A stretch of DNA of 37,792 nucleotides from Candidatus Bipolaricaulota bacterium (GTDB lineage Bacteria > Bipolaricaulota > Bipolaricaulia > M55B111), in assembly GCA_018334615.1 (NCBI GenBank), contig JAGXLP010000001.1, forward strand, positions 12,476-50,267, in the 5' to 3' direction. Shown here piece by piece: positions 1 to 8,773 of this stretch (within the stretch, counting starts at the first letter, position 1; each line of letters opens with the position of its first letter). A program made the position numbers and the translations under genes. The notes under the pieces are model-generated. The model ran no database searches. It was not told the DNA's origin and saw only the letters and a program-made list of their open reading frames with translations.

Positions 1-11
1 GTGACCCCATA

Positions 12-1283
12 ATGTTTAACTGGAAGAACGTTTCCAAATGGCTGTACCCTGGTATGAAGGTCAAACGCTGGGGTATTTTAGGAATCCTTTCTGCATTGCT
101 CGTCGGTTTCTCCTTAATTTTACTAATTGGGAGGGCCCGAATTGGCGTACTTTATGATTTACTTGCTTCCGATCCCGTATACTATTATCTCGTTGCCGGC
201 CTGACGTTTGTGGGCGGAGTGCTCGGTTTAATTTGGAGCGTGAGTAGTCTTGCGCTATCAGTTGCAGGTCCTATGGACCTTTTTAACCAACCCCCGTCTG
301 ACTTAATCTGGAAAAGCCGATTGCTCTCCAAGGGCCCTAAAGTGGTGGCGATTGGTGGTGGTACGGGGTTGTCCGTATTGTTGAGGGGGCTGAAGAAGTA
401 TACTTCGAACATAACTGCAATTGTAACCGTTATGGATGATGGTGGTAGTTCCGGAAGGCTGCGACGAGAAATGGACATGTTGCCGCCTGGGGATATCCGG
501 AATTGCCTCCTGGCACTGGCCGATGACGAATCAAGGATGAGCGAAATATTGCAGTACAGGTTCAAAAACGGGGCTGAGCTGGGAGGACATTCTCTGGGAA
601 ACCTCGTTATTGCCGGACTGGAACAAATTGAAGGAAGTTTCGACCGGGCGATAGAAGAAACGAGCAAGCTTCTGAATATTCGGGGTCGGGTCATTCCGTC
701 CACATTGAAAAATACCAACCTGGTTGCCCGTCTCGAAGGAGGAAATATCCTGACCGGTGAAAGCGCTCTTTCCGATCATCCAGAAAGGATCGAGGAAATT
801 AAGCTGGAGGAAGAGGCCCCCCCTTACCCTCCCGCCGTGGCAGAAATAAAAGATGCCGACGTAATAATCCTTGGACCGGGAAGTCTTTTCACTTCTCTGA
901 TCCCAAATTTACTTGTCGATGGGCTGGCCGAGTCGCTAAAGAAGTCTTCTGGCAAGAAATATTACGTTATCAATATCATGACTGAGCCGGGGGAGACTGA
1001 GGGGATGTCGGCCATTGATCATTTAAAAGTTTTGAGTAAGTATCTAGACCCGGAGACCCTGGATTATGCCGTTGTAAACACGGGTGGAGCTGACGAAGAG
1101 TTGCTGGACAGATATGCCCGGGAGGGGGCTGAACTTGTCGAACCGGACCTGGTGAATGATAATGAGTATGGAATTAAACCTTTAATGGCAGATTTAGTTG
1201 ATACTGTAGAACTGGAGGGCAAAAGGACGGTAAAACACGATAGCGACAGATTGGCAGAGCTAATCCTGGGTTCCATTGATTAA
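12..1283 (+). CDS. yvcK: YvcK/CofD-like (UPF0052, gluconeogenesis factor family) protein with N-terminal transmembrane segments
   Basis: It has the GGGTGLSVLLRGLK nucleotide-binding loop, plus VTVMDDGGSSGRLR and ILGPGSLFTSLIPNLL motifs typical of YvcK/CofD. Two hydrophobic helices lie in the first ~90 aa. The ATG at 12 overlaps a TAA (10-12) in another frame, suggesting TAATG coupling to a gene upstream of the window. The yvcK frame itself is open to the window edge, so a more upstream start cannot be excluded. Confidence 0.8.
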   Translation: MFNWKNVSKWLYPGMKVKRWGILGILSALLVGFSLILLIGRARIGVLYDLLASDPVYYYLVAGLTFVGGVLGLIWSVSSLALSVAGPMDLFNQPPSDLIWKSRLLSKGPKVVAIGGGTGLSVLLRGLKKYTSNITAIVTVMDDGGSSGRLRREMDMLPPGDIRNCLLALADDESRMSEILQYRFKNGAELGGHSLGNLVIAGLEQIEGSFDRAIEETSKLLNIRGRVIPSTLKNTNLVARLEGGNILTGESALSDHPERIEEIKLEEEAPPYPPAVAEIKDADVIILGPGSLFTSLIPNLLVDGLAESLKKSSGKKYYVINIMTEPGETEGMSAIDHLKVLSKYLDPETLDYAVVNTGGADEELLDRYAREGAELVEPDLVNDNEYGIKPLMADLVDTVELEGKRTVKHDSDRLAELILGSID

Positions 1284-1370
1284 TTTTGATCAAAGAGACA
1301 TTATAGCCCCTTGTTTACCGTTTCCTTATAGCTATCATTATAAACTCGAACTTATATTAAGAGGGAGAAT

Positions 1371-3206
1371 ATGAAAGAAGAAGCAAAGAAGTACGTTCCA
1401 GATACCAGCGTGATAGTTGATGGCAGAGTGACTGATTTGTTGACCGAAGAGAAGATTGAGAGGGCAGAGATCATCGTACCCGAAGCCGTAGTGGCGGAGT
1501 TAGAGGCACAAGCATCCAAGGGAAAAGAGACCGGTTACAAGGGCTTGAATGAATTGCAAAGACTTCGGAAACAGTGTGAAAAGGAAGAGATAAAGATTGA
1601 GTATAAAGGAAGAAGGCCGGATAAATCGGAAGTTGATATGGCTGGTTCCGGGGAGATAGATGCGATGATCAGGGATCTGGCCGATACGGAAGGTGCAACC
1701 CTGATTACCAACGATAGAATTCAGGCGACAGTTGCGGAAAGTAAGGGGTTGCCGGTTATACTTGATGAACCAAAAGAAGAAGACGCCACGCTTAGTTTTA
1801 GCAGGCTTGGGTTGCTTGAATACTTTGACGATCGGACCATGTCCGTTCACTTGAGAGCGGATACTATCCCAAAAGCAAAAAAAGGAGAACCCGGGCGGAT
1901 GAACCTGGAACCTGTAGGTTCGGAAAAAGTAAGCTCGAAAAAGCTGGAGAGATTTGCCGAAGAAATAGTTGAAGTTGCTGATACTCACCCTTCGGGCTTC
2001 ATCGAGATGGATTCCGGCGGTGCATCCGTGGTGCAACTGGGCGATCTTCGTATAGCAATTGCCAGACCACCCTTTTCCGATGCCGTGGAAATTACGGCAA
2101 CCAGACCTGTTACAAAAACAGTTATAGAAGATTATTCCTATTCCGATCTATTGAAAGAACGTTTGAGTGAATCTCACAGAGGTGTAGTTGTTTCCGGTGC
2201 TCCGGGCATGGGTAAGTCCACTCTGGTTCAGGCGTTATCTGAATTCCTCCGTAAGTCAGGGTGGATAGTTAAGACCATGGAAAAACCCAGGGATCTGGAC
2301 GTCTCCTCGGAAATTAGCCAGTACAGGGACCTGGACGGTGAAATGGCCAATACGGCGGAAGTCTTATTATTAACTCGGCCGGATTACACCATCTTTGATG
2401 AAATGCGTCAGACGTCAGATTTCGAGGTCTTTGCGGACCTGCGGATGTCCGGGGTTGGCCTGGTCGGGGTGGTTCACGCGACGAAAGCCATTGATTCTAT
2501 CCAGAGGTTGATTGGAAGGGTTGAATTGGGAATGATACCGCAAATTGTCGATACCGTGGTACACGTCGATGGTGGAGATGCAAAGAAAGTCTTTGACGTG
2601 GAACTCACAGTGAAAACTCCTTCCGGAATGGAGCAGGGAGATCTGGCCCGTCCCGTTATTGAGGTCAGGGATTTTGATAGCGGAAAACTGGCCTATGAGA
2701 TGTATACCTTTGGCGAGCAGGTCGTCGTCATGGGGGTGAAGGATTCGGTTGAAAAACCAATCTGGAGTCTTGCCAGAAAGGAGCTGAATTACTACCTGAG
2801 TAAAGAATTCAACTTCGATTTCGACCTGGAGATAAAATCGGATAGCAGGATAGCAATTTACGTGGCGGATAACCACGTCCCGGTTGTGCTTGGCCGAGGT
2901 GGAAAGAAGATAGACTCCCTGGAAGATGAATTAGGGCTCAGTATAGACGTCAGGAATTTTCAGGAGAGGTCATCTTCCTCCGAAGAGAACAAATTTAGCC
3001 TAAAAAAGACTGAAGATTATTTGATAATGAACTTTGACCCTTCTTTAAGAGGTGAGGAAATAGATATATGGATGGAAGGGAGAAAAGTGTTTTCCGGAGC
3101 TGTATCCAAGCGCGGTCGGATTAAACTGGACCGCGGCACAAAACAGGCAAAGAAAATCGAGCAGGCTCGGAATAACGGGGTCGAGATAACAATTAGTTCT
3201 GGTTAA
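1371..3206 (+). CDS. PIN domain / P-loop ATPase (PilT- or PhoH-like) / KH domain protein (COG1855-like)
   Basis: The N-terminus is PIN-like ([12 protein letters not shown] ... [11 protein letters not shown]). It has Walker [10 protein letters not shown] and Walker B-like [11 protein letters not shown] GxxG motif is present ([18 protein letters not shown]). A GAGGGAG Shine-Dalgarno lies just upstream of the ATG. Confidence 0.8.
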   Translation: MKEEAKKYVPDTSVIVDGRVTDLLTEEKIERAEIIVPEAVVAELEAQASKGKETGYKGLNELQRLRKQCEKEEIKIEYKGRRPDKSEVDMAGSGEIDAMIRDLADTEGATLITNDRIQATVAESKGLPVILDEPKEEDATLSFSRLGLLEYFDDRTMSVHLRADTIPKAKKGEPGRMNLEPVGSEKVSSKKLERFAEEIVEVADTHPSGFIEMDSGGASVVQLGDLRIAIARPPFSDAVEITATRPVTKTVIEDYSYSDLLKERLSESHRGVVVSGAPGMGKSTLVQALSEFLRKSGWIVKTMEKPRDLDVSSEISQYRDLDGEMANTAEVLLLTRPDYTIFDEMRQTSDFEVFADLRMSGVGLVGVVHATKAIDSIQRLIGRVELGMIPQIVDTVVHVDGGDAKKVFDVELTVKTPSGMEQGDLARPVIEVRDFDSGKLAYEMYTFGEQVVVMGVKDSVEKPIWSLARKELNYYLSKEFNFDFDLEIKSDSRIAIYVADNHVPVVLGRGGKKIDSLEDELGLSIDVRNFQERSSSSEENKFSLKKTEDYLIMNFDPSLRGEEIDIWMEGRKVFSGAVSKRGRIKLDRGTKQAKKIEQARNNGVEITISSG

Positions 3207-3288
3207 GAGTTTGAACGTGCCTCGGCTATAGACCTCTTCGCTCCGGGAGAAGGGACCATGGGGCTAGGAATGTGAGACAGTTATTCTG

Positions 3289-4752
3289 TTAACCCTTTAT
3301 AACGATCAGAGGTTTTAGTTTGGCAACCTTTGGCGTTAACCCGCTCTGGTGAGCGGTAGTCACCACGCTTTCGATGTCCTTATAGGCACCTGGGGCTTCT
3401 TCTGCTAGGCCGGGGAAAGAGTGAGATTTAATCGTAATTCCCCGGTCTCTTAATCTTTTTTCTACGTCCTCCCCCCAGAATTTTGATTTGGCTTTCTTTC
3501 TGGACATAGTTCTTCCAGCCCCGTGAACTCCACTTCCAAACGTTTCTTCCATCGCCCTTTGGGACCCGCGGAGAATGTAGGAGCTTGTGCCCATCGTACC
3601 GCCTACCAGGACTGGGCCTCCTACCTCTCGATACGGCGGTGGTAGTTCCTCCCTCCCTGGCCCAAAAGCCCGGGTAGAACCCTTCCTGTGGACGAGTACT
3701 TCCCTGTCTTCCCCGTCTATGCGATGATTTTCAAATTTTGCCGTGTTGTGACCAACCTCGTAGACGGTTTTTATCGAATCTCCGCTCAACCCGATTGCTT
3801 GGTTCAGCGCGCCCCTCGTAAGGCTCGCAAGAGCCTGACGGTTGGCGAAGGCGCAATTAATTCCACACCTCATTGCACTCAGGTAACTGCGGCCCTCTGA
3901 ACTGTTTATCGGGGCGGAAACGAGTTCTTTGTCCTTGATCGGGAGGTTGTATTTCTTGCTGGCGTTTTCAAGTTTCTTTAGGTAATCCTGCCCCACTTGA
4001 TGTCCCAGGGCGCGGGATCCAGTATGTATGGAGATAAGGATTTGTCCTTCCTCCATTCCGTACGCTCCGGCCGCTTTGGGATCGTAAACCTCTGTCACTT
4101 TCTGAACCTCAAGGTAGTGGTTACCCGAGCCCAGAGTACCGATTTGTTTAAATTGCCTTTGCTTTGCCCTTCTGCTTACGTTATCAGGGTTTGCTCCCCT
4201 GATCATGCCCCCTTCTTCGATGAAGTTGAGGTCCTCTTCCAGTCCATAGCCCCTATCGACCGAAAATCGTGCCCCCTTTTTTAGAACTTCGTTAATTTCG
4301 TCAACTGAGAGGTCGAGATTTCCCTCCGATCCCAATCCGGCGGGAATCGTTTCATAAAGAGTACCTGCAATTTCTTCTCTCGACTTTTCAACCTCGGTTT
4401 CGGTTAAAGGGGTTTTCAGTAGCCGGACGCCGCAGTTGATGTCGAAGCCAACACCCCCGGCGACGGCCAATCCTTCGTCTCTATCGAATGCCGCTACCCC
4501 TCCGATTGGAAAACCATAACCCGGGTGAATGTCGGCTAGACCGATGGAGGCGTTAATTATCCCGGGTAAAGAGGCTACGTTTATTATCTGGTCAAGGGCA
4601 TTCCATTCTTTGCCCTCTTTTGCCTCTTCGAGGAGTTCTCTGGCAGTTTCCTCGTCGACGAAGAGCCTGCCCGGAACTCTCATATCGCCGACTTTAGGAA
4701 TATTCCAGATGTAATCATCAACTTTGGTCAATTCGTATTTTTCTTTATCCAT
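3289..4752 (-). CDS. rtcB: RNA 3'-phosphate/5'-OH ligase RtcB
   Basis: Hallmark RtcB motifs are present: HPGYGFPIGGVAAFD, DINCGVRLL, GSGNHYLEVQ, HTGSRALGHQV, GTMGTSSYIL and HGAGR. At 487 aa it is normal full length. Confidence 0.95.
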   Translation of the reverse strand: MDKEKYELTKVDDYIWNIPKVGDMRVPGRLFVDEETARELLEEAKEGKEWNALDQIINVASLPGIINASIGLADIHPGYGFPIGGVAAFDRDEGLAVAGGVGFDINCGVRLLKTPLTETEVEKSREEIAGTLYETIPAGLGSEGNLDLSVDEINEVLKKGARFSVDRGYGLEEDLNFIEEGGMIRGANPDNVSRRAKQRQFKQIGTLGSGNHYLEVQKVTEVYDPKAAGAYGMEEGQILISIHTGSRALGHQVGQDYLKKLENASKKYNLPIKDKELVSAPINSSEGRSYLSAMRCGINCAFANRQALASLTRGALNQAIGLSGDSIKTVYEVGHNTAKFENHRIDGEDREVLVHRKGSTRAFGPGREELPPPYREVGGPVLVGGTMGTSSYILRGSQRAMEETFGSGVHGAGRTMSRKKAKSKFWGEDVEKRLRDRGITIKSHSFPGLAEEAPGAYKDIESVVTTAHQSGLTPKVAKLKPLIVIKG

Positions 4753-4770
4753 AGTTTTTAGGTGATTAGT

Positions 4771-5196
4771 TCAAACATCGACTACGTACCTGCACCTCCA
4801 TCCCTCGTCTCTTTCCTCGATTTCCAGCCCCTGATAGGTAATTGCCTTTACCTCTGTCCCCAGGTCGTGTCTTCTGGGATCAATCCTCGTGCCACTGGCG
4901 TGGGCCTTTAGGTGAAATTTCGAATCATCTTTTTTAATTGTCAGGTTGGGGAACTCTGAGTACGCGTGACCCTTCAAATTACTCAGGGAAATGAGTTCGC
5001 TTAGCCACTCGTAAAGCAGATCCTCGAGGCTTGACCCCTTCAAATTTAGCTCTACTGTTTCCTGAGTTCCAATTCCGTTTATATCCACCATTAAGCTGAA
5101 TAATCCCCTGGCGGCTTCCGCAAACACTCCTTCCAGGGTCTCGTGTTTCGCTTCCAATCCAATGTCGGCACCGTGATCCAGATAGCTGTAGCTCAA
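4771..5196 (-). CDS. Archease (RtcB activator)
   Basis: The N-terminal YLDHGADIGLEA matches the archease (Y/F)EHTADIG signature, and at 141 aa the length is typical. It uses a TTG start located 2 nt after the thpR stop and ends 18 nt before rtcB. Confidence 0.88.
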   Translation of the reverse strand: MSYSYLDHGADIGLEAKHETLEGVFAEAARGLFSLMVDINGIGTQETVELNLKGSSLEDLLYEWLSELISLSNLKGHAYSEFPNLTIKKDDSKFHLKAHASGTRIDPRRHDLGTEVKAITYQGLEIEERDEGWRCRYVVDV

Positions 5197-5198
5197 GG

Positions 5199-5762
5199 CT
5201 AATTTCCCAACCCCACCCTGAATACTGGATTATATAACGGTCCGTCCGACTTTAGTTTGCTTTCCATTAAAGTAAGTTCCTCTATTTTAAACTGCCAATC
5301 TACATCCAAGTCCAGTTTCTGTAGGTTCGTTCCCAGTTTTTCGACCTTATTCGGATCTTCTTCCTTTGTTCTCCCCAGCGTTATGTGGGGCACGTAGTCG
5401 CGATTCTCTCTCTCAAATCCCAGACTTATTAGGCTTTCCTCCAGGTCTTTATGCAGCCTAAAAATCTCGTTGGGAGGTGATTCCGAGCCAAGCCAGATTA
5501 CTTTGGGGAAATCAATTTTCGGAAAACCACCTAATTTGTCTATCGTTACCTCAAATGTATCTAACCTTCCTGCCGTTCCCCGTGCTCGCTCCTTGATCTC
5601 CGTTACCTGACTTCGATCGACGTCCCCGAGAAACTTCAAAGTTACGTGGAGGTTCTCTCGGGAAACCCATTTTACGTAGGCGGGACTTTTGATAGATCCC
5701 GCAGTTGACTTGATTTCCCCTTTCACGTTTTTTGGGAGTTCGAGACAGAAAAAAGCTCTCAT
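5199..5762 (-). CDS. thpR: RNA 2',3'-cyclic phosphodiesterase / 2'-5' RNA ligase family (ThpR/LigT, 2H phosphoesterase)
   Basis: Two HxT/Sx motifs are present (NLHVTLKFLG and PHITLGR). The protein begins MRAFFCLELP like other family members. I trimmed the start from the track's 6005 to the ATG at 5762 (GGTGAG 4 nt upstream), because the extension overlaps the SRP RNA gene. Confidence 0.85.
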   Translation of the reverse strand: MRAFFCLELPKNVKGEIKSTAGSIKSPAYVKWVSRENLHVTLKFLGDVDRSQVTEIKERARGTAGRLDTFEVTIDKLGGFPKIDFPKVIWLGSESPPNEIFRLHKDLEESLISLGFERENRDYVPHITLGRTKEEDPNKVEKLGTNLQKLDLDVDWQFKIEELTLMESKLKSDGPLYNPVFRVGLGN

Positions 5763-5841
5763 GATCTCACCCGGACCTATGTCTTCGGGTATTTTGTAAG
5801 TTAACTGGAACGACATTTCGTGGTACGCTAAGGACATTTGA

Positions 5842-6108
5842 TCCCATGCAACCTGCTTCGAAATCGGTTGCCTGGCGTTACTTAGGCAGTTAGCTCGGGT
5901 CAAGCTACCCTCTGACACCCACAGAGGTTTACTTACCGCTGCTCCCTTCCGGGCCTGACGGGGTTGGTAAACTTGTGCCGCAGAGGACTCAGCCGTCAAC
6001 GCCACTTACCCAAGTACAGTCCCAAGCAACCAAATCCTCGGCAGGTATATGGCTCCCCTATAGCGGATTGAGGATAACGGGGACCGCTAACCCCCACCTA
6101 GCATGGGT
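5842..6108 (-). ncRNA. ffs: Signal recognition particle RNA, large bacterial form with Alu domain
   Basis: The minus strand contains CGTCAGGCCCGGAAGGGAGCAGC, the domain IV motif (compare E. coli 4.5S GUCAGGUCCGGAAGGAAGCAGC). The 5' part reads CCCATGCTAGGTGGGGGTTAGCGGTCCCCG...CAATCCGCTATAGGGG, resembling the Bacillus scRNA Alu domain as I recall it. The 3' part reads GAGCTAACTGCCTAAGTAACGCC. The ends pair as CCCATGC/GCATGGG. The exact ends are uncertain by a few nt. Confidence 0.9.
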
Positions 6109-6109
6109 A

Positions 6110-6197
6110 TGGCGGAGGGGGTGGGATTTGAACCCACGGAACCTCTCGGTTCACCGGTACTCCAGACCGGCGGTTTTGGCCGCTCGCCCACCCCTCC
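6110..6197 (-). tRNA. tRNA-Ser (anticodon GGA), class II with long variable arm, CCA encoded
   Basis: The minus strand reads GGAGGGGTGGGCGAGCGGCCAAAACCGCCGGTCTGGAGTACCGGTGAACCGAGAGGTTCCGTGGGTTCAAATCCCACCCCCTCCGCCA. The acceptor stem is 7 bp (GGAGGGG/CCCCTCC). The anticodon stem is CCGGT/ACCGG with loop CTGGAGT. The variable arm is GAACC-GAGA-GGTTC and the T arm is GTGGG-TTCAAAT-CCCAC. The D stem is weak. Confidence 0.9.
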
Positions 6198-6268
6198 TTT
6201 AATCAAAGGGTAAGCTCAATTCTCTTGCCTTTCAAATCAAACAAGCTTGAGGAAAACCCGGAACCTTG

Positions 6269-8554
6269 TTAATTATCTTTAACCTTCTCTTCGTGGTTAC
6301 AGTTCTTGTTAGTGCAAACCAGTTTGTCGTCGGACTTGATTAAGACACCTGTATCGCATGACGGACACTGTTTTATCGGTCGGTCACTCGTGGTAAATTT
6401 GCAGTCCGGATAGTTACTGCAGCCATAAAAAGTTTGTTTTTTTCTACGCGAGTAACGCTCCAGGAGTTCTCCCTCGCTGCATCTTGGACACTCGACACCG
6501 GAAGATATGGAGGCAGTCTCGTCACAGTCCGAATTCGTGCAGGCGTAAAACCTCCCGTATTTTCCGTGTTTTATTTCCATAGGGGAACCACACTCTGGGC
6601 ATTCCTTTTGTCCTAACTTTTCTTCCTCTTTTTTATGGCGCTCCAGTTCGTCGGCGATCAGGACTTTTCCGTCTTTGAAAGTAAAAGAGAGATCCGAGGG
6701 CAAGCTCATCTTTTCCTCGCACTCGGGCCAGGAAGAACAGGAAAGATAAGCGGAGCCTTTCCAGTATCGAATGTTCATATGTCCGTTGCAGCTGGAGCAA
6801 TCCACGTCGGTTGGAATTTGAAAGTCGTTATCGTTGGCTTCCAGAGAGTTTTCTACTTTTTTTAGCTCCTTCTTTAACGGAGCGTAGAATCTGGTAAGAG
6901 TCTTTTTTTTGGATATTTCTCCATCTTTTATTTCATCGAGTGCCTTTTCCATCTTTGCCGTCAGATCGGGTTCTACTATTTCCGGGAAGTACTTTTTTAA
7001 GAATTCTACCGCGACAAAACCAAGCAAGGTAGGGGTAAACGAGCTGTTACGTTTGACGATATAGTTTCGGTTTTGGATAGTCGAAATGATGCTTGCGTAG
7101 GTACTTGGTCGCCCGATACCCTGTTTCTCTAGCTTCTTGATCAACCCAGCTTCTGAGTACCGGTTAGGAGGTTTAGTAAAGTGCTGGTTGAGTTCAACCT
7201 GTTTTAGCTTTAACAGGTCCCCGGTCTGAAGGTTTTTTGGTAAATTCACGTCCTGATCCTGCAATGACTTCAATTTTAAAACCTTTAAAAAACCGTCGAA
7301 TATCAATCGACTACCCGAAGTTTTAAACAGGAAACTGTTGGCTTTCACGTTGATTTTACGGCGTTTGTAACGAGCCTTGGTCATCTGAGTTGCGACAAAC
7401 CGATCCCAGATAAGCTTGTACAATTTGTACTGATTGGAAGACAGGTGACGTTTGATCTCTTCCGGTTTTCGACTGACATCGGTGGGTCTGATTGCCTCAT
7501 GGGCATCCTGTGCCCCGCTATCTTTACGGTAGTACCTGACTTCCTCTTCCAGGTATTTCGGCCCGTATTCTCTCTTAATATACTTTCTTAGAGAATTATT
7601 TGCTTCCTTTGCCACCCTGGTTGAATCCGTCCTCATGTACGTGATTAGCCCCTCGACACCCTCGTCCAGCTCGACTCCTTCGTACAGGGTCTGGGCTACG
7701 CTCATTGTCTTGCTTGGCGTAAAGCTAAGTACCGAGGAAGCTGCCCGCTGCATGGTTGAAGTGATGAATGGTGGCAGGGGGGATCTTCTGACTGATTTTT
7801 CCGTCAGGTCCGAGACGGTGAATTGAGCCTGGTTTAATTTTTCCTCTATCTTTTTTGCCTCTTTCTTACTACCTATATCGGGCTTCTGACCCTGGACCTT
7901 TTTGAGTTTCATGGAAAAGGCGCCCGATTTCTTTTCTTTGTAGAGATCTGCTTTGACCTTCCAGTATTCTTCAGGGTCAAACTTTTCTCGTTCCTCTTCT
8001 CGCTCTACTATGTACCTTAAAGCTACCGATTGTACCCGGCCTGCGCTTAACCCCTCGAACCTGCTACCGGAAACCGTTTTGGATAGAAGGGGACTGATTA
8101 AATATCCGACCAACCTATCTAGGATCCGCCTGGCCCGCTGGGCGTCCACCTTCTTTAAATCTATGGAAGTCGGTTCTTGAAGGGCTTCTTTTATGCTTTC
8201 CTCGGTTATTTGGTTGAATATTATTCGCTTAAACTTTCCGTTCTTGTGGGACTCCCCCCCGTTTTCGTTGAGTAGTTCGTAAAGATCAAAAGCTATGGCT
8301 TCGCCTTCTCTGTCGTTGTCGGTGGCGAGAAATACGTTGTTCTTGTTTTGGGCTTCCTTTCGGAGTTTCTTGACTAATTTTTTCTGGTTAATTACCAGTG
8401 TGGGGCGGAAGCCGTCCTCAATTTTTACTCCCAGTTCCTTTTCCGGTAGATCCCTGACATGCCCTTTTGAAGAAAGAACCTTGAACTCTGAGCCTAGATA
8501 CCTGTCGATCGTATTTGCTTTTGTAGGGGATTCTACAATGACTAAATTATCCAT
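6269..8554 (-). CDS. topA: DNA topoisomerase I with four C-terminal zinc-ribbon motifs
   Basis: It has a Toprim N-terminus (LVIVESPTKANTI, DNDREGEAIA) and an active-site region (GLITYMRTDS). Four CxxC...CxxC ribbons lie at the C-terminus. I moved the start to ATG 8554 (MDNLVIVESP), which has GGAGGAGAG upstream and a TTGATA-17-TATAAT promoter. The track start 8653 would lie upstream of that promoter. Confidence 0.93.
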   Translation of the reverse strand: MDNLVIVESPTKANTIDRYLGSEFKVLSSKGHVRDLPEKELGVKIEDGFRPTLVINQKKLVKKLRKEAQNKNNVFLATDNDREGEAIAFDLYELLNENGGESHKNGKFKRIIFNQITEESIKEALQEPTSIDLKKVDAQRARRILDRLVGYLISPLLSKTVSGSRFEGLSAGRVQSVALRYIVEREEEREKFDPEEYWKVKADLYKEKKSGAFSMKLKKVQGQKPDIGSKKEAKKIEEKLNQAQFTVSDLTEKSVRRSPLPPFITSTMQRAASSVLSFTPSKTMSVAQTLYEGVELDEGVEGLITYMRTDSTRVAKEANNSLRKYIKREYGPKYLEEEVRYYRKDSGAQDAHEAIRPTDVSRKPEEIKRHLSSNQYKLYKLIWDRFVATQMTKARYKRRKINVKANSFLFKTSGSRLIFDGFLKVLKLKSLQDQDVNLPKNLQTGDLLKLKQVELNQHFTKPPNRYSEAGLIKKLEKQGIGRPSTYASIISTIQNRNYIVKRNSSFTPTLLGFVAVEFLKKYFPEIVEPDLTAKMEKALDEIKDGEISKKKTLTRFYAPLKKELKKVENSLEANDNDFQIPTDVDCSSCNGHMNIRYWKGSAYLSCSSWPECEEKMSLPSDLSFTFKDGKVLIADELERHKKEEEKLGQKECPECGSPMEIKHGKYGRFYACTNSDCDETASISSGVECPRCSEGELLERYSRRKKQTFYGCSNYPDCKFTTSDRPIKQCPSCDTGVLIKSDDKLVCTNKNCNHEEKVKDN

Positions 8555-8578
8555 CTTCTCTCCTCCAGAACGGAGATA

Positions 8579-8607
8579 ATTATATTTATCGGGTTGATCT
8601 ATATCAA
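8579..8607 (-). promoter_or_regulatory. Sigma-70-type promoter of topA (TTGATA - 17 nt - TATAAT)
   Basis: The minus strand reads TTGATAtagatcaacccgataaaTATAAT. About 25 nt further downstream come GGAGGAGAG and the ATG at 8554. Confidence 0.55.
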
Positions 8608-8644
8608 TGGGGAAGCAGTTTCGCCAGGAATTGATCAGGTGATT

Positions 8645-8694
8645 TTGATTCATGCTAAACTTTATGTTGATTTAGGCTAAACTGAAGTTTGATT
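8645..8694. repeat. Two 22-bp direct repeats plus the start of a third (TTGATT-N3-GCTAAACT-N5) in the topA/LTD divergent region
   Basis: Unit 1 is TTGATTCATGCTAAACTTTATG (8645-8666) and unit 2 is TTGATTTAGGCTAAACTGAAGT (8667-8688), identical at 16 of 22 positions. A third TTGATT begins at 8689. Confidence 0.4.
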
Positions 8695-8773
8695 CGTTTT
8701 ATAGTAGACACGGCCGAGTTTCTTTAACCTGATATTCCAGTATTCTACAAAACAAAATACAAGAGGTGTAATA

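Noticed and set aside
5763-6005. N-terminal 81-codon extension of the thpR ORF in the six-frame track (268-aa version).
   Set aside because: It overlaps the 3' two-thirds of the SRP RNA gene and has no 2H-phosphoesterase similarity. The family normally starts at the MRxF beta-strand found at ATG 5762, which also has a Shine-Dalgarno.
5975-6202. 75-aa plus-strand ORF.
   Set aside because: It lies entirely antisense to the SRP RNA Alu domain and tRNA-Ser. It is an ORF-caller artefact of GC-rich structured RNA genes.
8555-8653. 33-codon N-terminal extension of topA.
   Set aside because: The consensus promoter (TTGATA-17-TATAAT) and the GGAGG Shine-Dalgarno lie inside the extension, directly upstream of ATG 8554. 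Toprim proteins begin at the LVIVESP strand.
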